Source: the human T2T-CHM13v2.0 reference genome, Homo sapiens. From it: a DNA stretch of 64,000 bases. Shown here piece by piece: positions 29,196 through 39,393 of the stretch (position 1 is its first letter; each line of letters begins with the position of its first letter). The notes under the pieces are model-generated. The model was not told where the DNA came from and made no database searches. It saw only the letters and a list, made by a program, of their open reading frames with translations. The position numbers were made by a program, and so were the translations under genes. The stretch lies in NCBI RefSeq assembly GCF_009914755.1, contig NC_060934.1. One strand, given 5' to 3'.

Positions 29196-30057
29196 TGGTA
29201 GTCCCCCCACTTAACCTGGAGTCTACATTCCTAGACCCTGGTGGATGCCTGAAAGCTTGGATAGTCCCAAACCCTATTATATACTGTTTTTTCCTATACA
29301 TACACACCTATGAAAAAGTTTAATTTATAAATTAGGCACAGTAAGAGATGAATAATAATGAATAATAAAATACAGCAATTATACCAATTAGCCAGCATTG
29401 CTACTCTTGTGTTTTGGGGCCATTATTATGTCAAATAAGAATTACTTGAACACAAGCATTAAGATACCACCACAGTGGATCTGATAATAAAGATGACTAC
29501 TGAGTTACTAACAGGCAGGTAAGGTAGACAGTGTCCATACACTAGGCAAATGGATGATTCATGTCCTAGGTGGGACAGAGTGGGATGGTGTGAAATTTCA
29601 TCACTGTACTCAGAAAGTCGCAGTTTAAGACTTTTGAAAGCCAGGTACAGTGGCTCATGCCTGTAATCCCAGCACCGTGGGAGGCTGAGGCAGGAGCATT
29701 GCTCGAGTCTAGGAGCTCGAGACCGGTCTCAGGCCTTTGGCCACAGACTGACATGGTGTCACAGAGTGACATGGTGAAACCGTGTCACTACAAAAAAAAA
29801 ATTAAAATCGCCAGGTGTGGTGGCATATGCCTGTGGTCTCAGCTGCTCAGGAGGCTTAGCTGAGATGGGAGGATCATTTGAGCCCAGAAGGTCGAAGCTG
29901 CAGTAAGCCTTGTTCACATAACTGCATTCCAGCCTGGGTGACAGAGACCCTATCTCAAAAACAAAAGACATGAATTGTTTCTGGAATTTTCTATTTAATA
30001 TTTTTGGACTTCAGCTGACTGTGGGTACGTGAAACCTTGGATAAGGGGGGACTTCTG
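29196..30057 (-). mobile_element. MER44B inserted into the CTAGE relic, itself carrying an Alu
   Basis: Termini ta|tggtagtcccccc ... ataaggggggacttctg; reverse complement of MER44B body. Confidence 0.85.
29640..29968 (+). mobile_element. Alu (AluJ-like) with foreign insert
   Basis: Alu dimer; left-arm agcctgggca replaced by about 45 nt of non-Alu sequence. Confidence 0.9.
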
Positions 30058-31527
30058 CACATAGTGACAGCTTTGAGTCCTGCTTACACGATGCCAGCAA
30101 TGATGAAGAGTCATTAGGAACAGCAGATCTAGAAGCAATTAATAAAAAGCTAACCAGATCCAACTTTTAGTTCAGAAGAAATCGATTTGATAACAAAAGA
30201 GTTGAACAAAGAGAAATCTAAATATTCTAAACCAGAGGTTGGCTGCTGAAATTTCAAGAAGGATGGGATATTTGACAAGGGGCACTCCCCATACGGCCAT
30301 TCATCAAGGAGTCAGAAGACAACAGAAAAGAGTTTTTCACCTACCTCTCCTCCCGCACACACGCATACTCCACTTTGCTATAGGGTTTCTTTCCTCTGCC
30401 TCTTCCTTCAGTAAAGATCTTTATAGCCAATGTATCCAGGAGGACAGTCCACAGCACGGGGACCTCCTCTTCCTCCTGGTCTTTCAGAAAGCATCTGTGA
30501 ATCACCTTCAGCATACTTGCCACTGGAAGATATCTTTGGCATTTATCCTGAAAATAATAGTGAATTATCTTCAGTGCTGACTCAGCTTTCAAAAGAGCCT
30601 GCTACTGAAAATCCAGAACTACAACAAGAAACGTGGGAATTTTGTCTCTTCCAAATTTATTTTTAATTATCTCTCATTTTTAGTTTAAGGAAGTGCTATA
30701 CCTTCAGTGATTACACTTCTGCCTAAATGAAAGCTTCACAGTATTATAATTCTTGAGCTAGTGTTTTGTAAATAAAGCTGATTTACATATTAATCCCATT
30801 GAGTGAATTATTTACTTTATCTTGTACTCTCTGGATAGTATAAATATTGTGTTTAATTTGATTAAGGGTCCATGACACATGAACAATACTGGAAGTATCA
30901 CATGCACAATGCTGAAATTGAATATATTTGAAATGGCAAAAGACATTTTTATATGTCAAAAGGTGTTTCATTGTAGTTTTAGGACAAATGTGAAGTGGCC
31001 TGATGTTTTTATTAGACAAATTAACTTGATATTTACCTGAATACATTTAAATTGGAATGTTTAAAACAATTGAGAGTGAGAAAGTTTAATAGGACTATCT
31101 CATTATTTTAAGCCCTGTTAGACTATATGTAGCCTCTGCCCTTCCTCATCCCCCTACACAGATAACTCCCCATCCGTAAGTCCAGGCAGAACCTTGAAAA
31201 GGTTGGTAACGTGGACTAGTCATAAGAATGTGCGTCTAAAAGCTCAGGGTCAGTACTTACCAGCTGACCTTAGACAAGTCATTTTCCCTTTTGGAGCTGT
31301 GGTTTCCTTTGTCATAGGCCATGATTAACACCAGCCTCTAGGAACAATTGAGATGATCAGTGGGAAATCATGTCATTAAGATAAAAGAACTACACACAGG
31401 GGATTTAAAGAGGCAGCGTCTTGTGTTTGTTTAACATATAAGCTTAGAAGCCAACAGCCTAGGTTTGATTCTAGCCTCAGTTTCTAGCTAAGCAGGGAAA
31501 CCAAGTCTGTTTTCCCATTTTTAAAAG

Positions 31528-31740
31528 GGATGGACAAAGGGATGATTTCATCACTCAGAAAGTCACAGAATTTAAGACTTATGAATTGTTTTGCTTTTGG
31601 AATTTTTCATTTAATATTTTTGGACTTCATTCGACTGTGGATAACTGAAACCATGGAAAGGAAAACCGCAGATAAGGGTGGGGAACTTCTGTACATACTA
31701 ATGGCTTCTAGTCCTGCTTAAAAGATACCAGCAATGAGAA
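31528..31740 (+). repeat. Local duplicate of MER44B end plus CTAGE-relic flank (copy of about 29550-30101, lacking the Alu)
   Basis: acttctgtacatactaatggcttctagtcctgcttaaaagataccagcaatga versus acttctgcacatagtgacagctttgagtcctgcttacacgatgccagcaatga. Confidence 0.8.
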
Positions 31741-31852
31741 CTACTTTTTAATGGGGAAAATCATAACATCTCCTCATGGGTAATCATGGAGAATGAAGGA
31801 GCTAACTCAGACGGAGCTCTTGGCAGGGTTTCTAGCTTGCTATAGTTGCCTG

Positions 31853-32426
31853 TGCGATGGTTAATATTAGGTGCCAACTTGATTGGATTGAGGGATGCCT
31901 AGAAGACTGATATAGCATTGTTTCTGGGGGTATCTGTGAGGGTGTTGCCAGAGGAGATTAACATCTGAGACAGTGGACTGGAAAAGAAAGACCCTCTCTC
32001 GATGTGGGTGAGCACCATCCAATCAGCTGCCAGTGTGGCCAAAACAAAGCAGGAGGAAGGAGGTGGGATAACCTTACTTGCTGGGTCTTCTAGCTCCCTT
32101 CTTTTTCCCCTGTGCTGGATGCTTCCCTTGGCTCCTGCTGCCCTCGGACATCAGACTCCAGATTCTTCAACCTTTGGACTGTGGGACTTGCACCAGTGGC
32201 TTGCCGGGGGCTCTCACACCTTTGGCCACAGACTGAAGGCTGCATCATCTGCTTCCCTGGTTTTGAGGCTTTCGGACTCGGACTGAGCTGCTACCAGCTT
32301 CTCTCTTCCCCAGCTTGCAGACGGCCTATCATGGGACTTCGTCTTGTGAGCATGTGAGCCTATTCTCCCTATATACATACATATATCCTATGGGTTCCGT
32401 CCCTCTGGAGAACCCTGACTAATACA
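31853..32426 (+). mobile_element. MLT2 (MLT2A2/MLT2B-type) ERVL solo LTR
   Basis: tgcgatggttaatattaggtgccaacttgattggattgagggatgc ... ccctctggagaaccctgactaataca. Confidence 0.9.
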
Positions 32427-33339
32427 CCCAGCATACACTAGCTAGCATGCTTATTTCTTAAGATATTGACCACTCCTGTAGCATCAGTCAGTCCTGTGCT
32501 CACTGCTATGTGCTGGGAAGTCCACAGGGACCTTTAACTCACCAAGTCCAAACCCAAATCCACCACCCTCTCCCCAGCCCAGCCATCCTCCTCCTTTCAC
32601 CATGTCTCTCCTTGCAACCTCTGCCACTCGACCCAGCTCCCCTCCCTTCCTCCATCCCTAAGTACCCACCCTCCCTCAGGCACCAAATCTGGGGAACTCT
32701 TTCTCCCTCTGCAGAGTCCCTACTTTCTGCCACCTGAATCCCTGGGCCAAGGCCCCATTGTCCCAGGAGCATGCAGTGGCCACCTTGTTGGCTCCTGCTC
32801 AGTCTGCCCTGACATCCAGCTGCAAGGAAGCTCCCATGGCACAGCTCCAATGAGGCCTCTCTCCAGCTCAATCAGCACCCATGACTCCTGTTTCTTACAG
32901 AATCAAATCTCATCTCTAGCACTGCAGGCCTTGCCCTTGTGTAGAGATTTTTCCCTTCTTGGCCTTCTGGTGTGCTGTTTGAGGGGCAGTATGAGGATGT
33001 GGCCACCTCCTGACCATACCATCACATACATAACTCTAGGCCTTTGCTCACGTGGTTTGCTCTGCCTGGACTCCCTCCTGAGTTCTCCATGTTTAAGGTT
33101 TCCTTCTCACTCCTAGGTCTAGCTTCCAGCATCCCCCACTCAGATAAGCCCCCCAATCCCCACCCCCGGCAATGCCAGGGCATGCTAGCTACAGCCTGCT
33201 GCATGTGCCAGCTCTGGCTCAGCCTGCCTTTTCTCTGCCCCATAAAGCATAAGCAGGACTGGATACATAATCTCCAGGGCCCAGTATAAAGTGGAAATCA
33301 GAGCCCTTTTTTCCAAATTATTAAGAATTATGAAATGGA

Positions 33340-33715
33340 TAAATCCTAGTTGAGGGACATTCTACAAAATACCCAATGAATAATTCTCAAAAGTGTCAAG
33401 GTCATCAAAAACAAGGAAAGACTGAGAAACTGTCACAGCCAAGGGGAGCCTGAGGAGTCACAATGACTGTATGCAATGTGGGATCCTGAATGGGATCCTG
33501 GAACAGAAAACAGAAGGACATTAGGTAAAAACTAAGGAGATCTGAATGAACTTTAGCACATAATAATGTATCAGTGGTTCATTAATTGTAGTAAAGGTAC
33601 CATGCTAATGTAAGAGGTTAATAATTAAGGAGACTGGGTGAGGGGCATATGGGAACTTTCTGTACTATATTTGCAATTTTTCTGTAAAACTAAAACTCTT
33701 CTAAAATGAAAAGAT
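33340..33715 (+). mobile_element. L1MC 3'-end fragment
   Basis: tgagggacattctacaaaatac..aaaagtgtcaaggtcatcaaaaacaaggaaagactgagaaactgtcacag..gggatcctggaacagaaaa. Confidence 0.8.
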
Positions 33716-33984
33716 GGCCTTTTAAACATTTACAACAATAAAAGAATTTTGAGAAGGTGACAGCAGAGGCGATAAATAAGTTATAATGTCCAAGACAGAA
33801 TTGAGATTTGAACCCGGATCTGCCTGAGCCCAAGGCTTTTGTGACCAACGGCTTGCATTGCCTGAACAGCAGTGAGAAGACCCTGGAGGGGTTGGTGGAA
33901 AAGACTGGGTAAGAAGGATGGAAGGAAGAAGGTTGTCACAGTACTTAGTAGAGGTTAAGAGTCCAAGTTTAATGACCCAGGCCA

Positions 33985-34200
33985 CATATAGTATGATTCC
34001 ATTTATATGAAATGTCCAGAATAGGATAGAAAGTAGATTAGTGGGTGCCAGGGGCTGGGGGAGGGGAGAATGGGGTTAATGGTATGGGGTTTCTTTTGGA
34101 GGTGATAAAAATGTTCTCCAATTAGGTAGTGGTGATGGCTGCACAACATTGGGAATATACTAAAAACCACTGGATTGTGCACTTTAAAATGTTTAAAGCG
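33985..34200 (+). mobile_element. L1MB 3'-end fragment
   Basis: gtatgattccatttatatgaaatgtccagaatagg..agaaagtagattagtgg.tgccaggggctgggg..gcacaacatt. Confidence 0.8.
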
Positions 34201-34204
34201 GTAC

Positions 34205-34539
<335 letters not shown>

Positions 34540-34863
34540 TAGTAAGCACTCAACCTTAGCTCTGATAATATTATTACAAAGAGATGGTAAAGCGTTAAGG
34601 ACTTCAGCTTTAGGCGCTTCCCTTCTCCAGGGTCCAGGTTTTTGGGGTCCGTTCTGGACCGAACGACTCAGGGGAGGCACCGTGAACTCATTCCCAAGCC
34701 TTCCCACTCAAGATCCTGCAAACGGAGTCGTCTGAGTGCCACTTCCCCTGACAACCCGGGACAAGGACTCTGTCAGGGCGGCCCCAGGCGGGGTGGGGCC
34801 AGGACAATTCTCCCATCGCCGGAGGAGGGAGACTGGCGGCCACGGGGAGGCGTAAGCGGCAGC

Positions 34864-34877
34864 GCGCCGCCTGGTGG
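34864..34877 (-). promoter_or_regulatory. CTCF motif within a small CpG-rich patch (about 34640-34980)
   Basis: Minus strand reads CCACCAGGCGGCGC, one mismatch to CCACCAGGGGGCGC; local CpG retention. Confidence 0.6.
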
Positions 34878-37800
34878 CACCTTCGCGCACACGGTCCCGA
34901 CGGAGCGGGAGGCGTCAACCCCAAGCCGGCAGCCACTCCTGCCGGGAGCCCCTACAGCTGCTTTTAAATCGTAATTGTTATCAAATAGGCGGTTTTTATA
35001 CAGCCAGATTATTGGCCTTATTATTCTTCTTAATACTGTGAAGTAATTATTATTCCTGTTTTACAGTTGAGGAAACTGACGCTGGGAAAGTTTCAGTAAC
35101 TGGCTTAAGATCCGCCAGCAGGTAAGAGCAGCCCCCAGGTTTAGGGCCACAGCCCTCCAGATCCAGAACTCTTTCCTACACACTCCTGTGGTTTGAGACA
35201 AGTGATGGTAGCCGCTGGAAGCATCTGCAGTCCCCACCAAGGGTGAGAACTGGCTCTGGGACTGATTTCAAAGCAGATCTATGCCACAAAGCCTGCCCTA
35301 CTTTCAGCCTCAGAACCCCCAGACCCCAGGAAATAGAGGGGAGGGGAGGGTGGGGCTCACATAGCAACTCTTAGGCCCTTTGACCATCAACCCCTTTCCC
35401 CCCAGCCTTATTGATGTACCCACTCAACCAAGGTTGATTGCATCCCTGCTATGCCAGAAACTGTCTTCAGTGCTAGATATATCATGGGGAACAGGGAACA
35501 CAGGGCACCTGACTTCAAGCAACTCACTGCTTCGTCCTCATGCTTAACTCCCAGCAGGATGCCTTTGCTGTGAGGCCCATGGCACTCGGTTTGGGAACAC
35601 CCTGGCAAATCTTAATCCTGCTATCCTAATGTGTCATCCCCCAGGCAGGGACCCTGCCCATTCTTCACCCATCCCGGGGAAAGGTATGGCTCAGGGGGAG
35701 TCTGACTCCCTCTGAAGCCCCTTGCCTGGCCTCAACTGACAGCCTGCACTCTTGAGATGCCAGGGCTGGAGAGGAACCACATCTGCAACTGCTCAGCTGC
35801 AGGTGGCTAGAGAAGGCTCAGAGACTTGGTACAGGAGCAGGGGCACAGAGCAGTTACAGAGAGATTCCCAACATGCAAAATCCCATGCCCTGATGCTGGA
35901 GTCCTGGAGGGAGAGCAGGGCCCGGGACCTCCCAAGAGTATATTTCAAGAGTTGAGAGAGTGGTTAGGCTGAGAAGGGAAGTGGGGCAGGGACTGGCAGG
36001 AGAGGGGGTAATGTCTTCCTTTTGCTTGCCCCCATCTCCAGTCCCCCTTCTCTCCACCCAGGAATTAAAGCCGTGAAACCTGATACTTGGACTAGAAGGG
36101 CCTGCTGGGTACACTTTACCACCTAAACAGCAAAGTTCCAAGGGGTGGAACTTTTTAGAAAAATCTCCAATACCCCACTGGCCTGAAGGAGAGAGAGAAA
36201 GAGGTTGGGGAGAGAGAGAGAACATGCTGTGGTCTCTGCATGCTGCCCGTCTCTGCTGAGGTCCCTGCTGAGCTCTCCAGCACAGGCACAACCTTGACCA
36301 TGTGCCTGCATCCAGGGGATGACCGTCAGATGTGGGTCTTGGCACAGGCGTGCCTGTATGTGTTTCCTGGCAGTAGTTAAGTATCCAAATATCTATTTGT
36401 CTTGGGAGTCATCTGCCTATTTGTGTTTTTAGTTGTGTGCGCCTGTGTGTTTGCTTTTTTTAGGCATACATCTTTGGTATGTGGGTGTCTCTGGAGTCGG
36501 GTGCCTATTTGTAGGTGTGATGTTTATGGGAGGTGAAACATTGCACCTGTTGTCTTTGTTGTATGTTTTCGTGTGTGTACCTTTGCAGGTGTGTATGGGT
36601 GGGTAGTTGTGTGTGTGCATGTGTATTTGCAAGGTGGAGTTGGTTTGGGTGTGCTGAGCTGTTGACTGTCTCATCCACTGCCCTTGCTAGGGCTGTCAGA
36701 GGCCAAGCTAAGCAACCTACCTTTGCCCACAGCAGCCTTTCTCAATTGATGGAAGTTCTTCCCCCAGGGAGTCCCAGTCCACCTGTTGCCACCCTCCTGA
36801 TGCTGGGTGCCCAGTCAGAGAGGGTTAGGGAGATGTGCTGATGGCATGCACGACCTCCCCTAGATACTCCAAGACCCCGGCTTGTGAGGGGAGTGTGTGT
36901 GGAGAGGGTACTAGTCCTGCCTTCACCTCACCTCTGGGGAAACAGCTAGGACAGTCCCCTTCGCACAGCCCAATCCAGCCCCAGGGAAGGTGTTCAAGTG
37001 AGGCTCCCCCGTTTAGAGGGTTTCTTTCCAATCCCATCTCCCCCATCCCCTTTGCTCAGTCACTCAGTCACTCCAAGCAGTGTGATCTCCGGCAGGTGGC
37101 TTTACACCTCTGTGCCTCAGGTCCTTCATCTGTAAAATGGGATGTAAATGGTGCTTACTTCAGAGGGTTGTGAGAATTAACTGACATGATGCATACAGAG
37201 TGCTTAGCCCTGTGCCTGGCACAGGGAAGGTCTTTGCCTATGTTAGCTGATCCGCTCGTTCTGATCTCTCTGGGTTTCAATCCCAAGACACTGCCCATCC
37301 TTCAAACCTCACCTGTCCCCACGTGCTCCTTGGACCACCTTTGGGTGGTCAGGACTTTCCCCCTGGAATCAGACTGGCTGGGAGGGGAGAATCTTGGAAA
37401 GAGATTATTGACACTTGCACTGCAATTTCCACACAAGTTTTAAAATTTAATTCTATACCCCCTTATGAAATAGTTATCCTTTTCCTCCATTTTACAGATG
37501 ATGATGAAGGGAGCAATAGAATTGTTAAGTAACTTGTTCAAGGTCACACAGTAAATAAGGGGCAGAGTCCAAGTTTACACTGAGCCAAAAATGGCTGTCC
37601 CACTGTCAGGTAGGAGGCTAGTTTACAACAACGCAGGATCAGAGTGCTGGAGGGGTTTCCAGGGGTCTGGTTAACAGTTCTGCCGGAGATCATACAGACA
37701 AGCAGAGCCAGCCAGGATGATCCTAATCTATACCCAGCTTCATATCGCTGTAAGCCCCCGCGTAACCAGGACTTGGGTGTTCTCATTTTGGGAGCCTTTT

Positions 37801-38615
37801 TTTTGGAAAGACCCCCACATGTGGAAGGCAGAGCGCATACTACAGACAGGGGAGCCAAAAGTGAGAGTCCTATGTTTAATCAGAGGAGAAAGCTGACATG
37901 GCCAAGCCAAATGAAGGCGCAAAGCCAGATTTCCTTAATTTGGGGGAGCGAAAATTGGGCCGCCTCCACGTCCAGCCATTCTCCAGCGGCCGGGTTTTTC
38001 AAAACGCTGCGCCCAGCGTCTCGCGAGGACCCTCCCCCCGGGTCCCCCAGCTCTGCCGCGGCCGCGCCCAGATGGCCGTCGGATCCCCCCTCAAGGTCCC
38101 CCTGTCGGCTCCGCCCTCGGTCGCCCAGGCCCCGCCCCGGCCGCGCGCGGTCCCCTCGGTTGGCGAACTCACTCCGGCGAGCGAGCGGCGGCGCTCGGCA
38201 TTGTGGCAGGCGGCTGGGGCCGGCTAGGGCGCCGGAGCCGCACGCAGCCGCGGGGCTCCGAGAGGCGCGCACTGGGGCTGGGACTGCGCGGCGCCGCCGC
38301 TGCGAGCGCCACTGAGCGGTCGCGCAACTTCGGAGGCACAGCGCCGGAGCCAGGCGAGCGCTCAGAGACCCGGAGCCAGAGGGGCGCGCCGGAGCCTCGT
38401 TCGAGAGCCGGCGCCAGGCACCCACCGCGCTCCGAGTGCCAGGCGGCCCTCCGCGCAGCGTGGCTTCCGCTGCCCCCACGGAAGGCACGGGCTGGCGCTG
38501 CCGGGCGCCGGGGAGGACGGCGAGGAGGAGGCGGCGGCGGCGGAGACGGCGGCGGCGAGACTGGGGCCAGGGAGACAGCCCTGGGGGAGAGGCGCCCGAA
38601 CCAGGCCGCGGGAGC

Positions 38616-38694
38616 ATGGGGGCCCGGAGCGGAGCTCGGGGCGCGCTGCTGCTGGCACTGCTGCTCTGCTGGGACCCGAGGCTGAGCCAAGCAG
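38616..38694 (+). CDS. UNC5B: UNC5B (netrin receptor) coding exon 1: signal peptide MGARSGARGALLLALLLCWDPRLSQA(G)
   Basis: Recognised N-terminus of human UNC5B; strong Kozak (agcATGG); 79-nt coding exon ending CAG|GTAGGA, phase-1 donor at 38695. Confidence 0.97.
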
Positions 38695-39305
38695 GTAGGA
38701 AGCGATCGGGTCTGGGGGCGCGGGGCTAGGGGACCCTTGCGCCTCACTCTGTCCTGAAGTTGAGGTGGTCTTTCGTCGCATCGATGCGCGCAGGAAAAGC
38801 GGCAAGGGCGCCCAAGTTAGAATGTAGATTTTACTGCCTCCCAAAGTGGGCAATGGCGCATCCACATCGCGGGAGCGGGGAGCAGGGAAGGGGCTTCACA
38901 GTAAGCTGAAAGGTCCCTGCTCGCTCCTGAAAGGGATCCCTTCTTCTCCCTGGAAGGGGTGTAGGAGTCAGGGTCTGAGTCTCCGGGAGGATCCGCCTCC
39001 TGGGGACGCCCGGCTCTCCGCGCGCCTGGCATCCGCCCCGAAAAAGAACATTGGCTACATAAGCAAGGTGTGCGCTCGCTGCCGTACGCCGGTAACTTAC
39101 TAGTCTGGTCCCGGCTCGCCTAGGCTCTTACGCGCTATAGGGACAGCAATCTGCAGACTAGAGGGAGAGAGCGAAAAGACCTGCTGAACACAGGAAGCGC
39201 TTCGGTAGCCTCGGCAGGCCGGCTTGCAGGGCTCCTGAAGCGGGGAGGGCTAAGTCTTGCACACATAGCTTTCCCCGAGATCGCTGGGCCCGCAGGTCTG
39301 GAAGA

Positions 39306-39341
<36 letters not shown>

Positions 39342-39355
39342 TTTCTGAGTGTTGG

Positions 39356-39391
<36 letters not shown>
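39306..39391. repeat. (ATT)n followed by (GT)n microsatellites inside the CpG island
   Basis: Direct read. Confidence 0.95.

Positions 39392-39393
<2 letters not shown>

Larger units (their letters stand above)
28990..31050 (+). pseudogene. Ancient processed pseudogene of CTAGE5/MIA2 (cTAGE family), internally deleted and interrupted by MER44B
   Basis: Translated blocks match cTAGE5 in order: CPWVIMFWATITEFF..WSRS (transmembrane), LI*RKRRILKKF..KRE, ESCLHDAS..LEAINKKLTRSN, EEIDLITKELNKEKSKYS, AAEISRRM, FDKGHSPYG, RGPPLPP, EPATENPELQQET (parent EPATEHPEPQQET*). Then 3'UTR-like sequence with gtaaataaag at about 30768-30777; no introns. Confidence 0.85.

Noticed and set aside
30239-30666. ORFs 30239-30580 and 30430-30666 as live genes
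   Set aside because: They are frame fragments of the disrupted CTAGE relic, with no promoter or intact start evident
37644-39103. Long overlapping ORFs (160-245 aa) on both strands
   Set aside because: Stop-poor GC-rich CpG island with low-complexity R/G/P/A translations; only 38616-38694 matches a known protein
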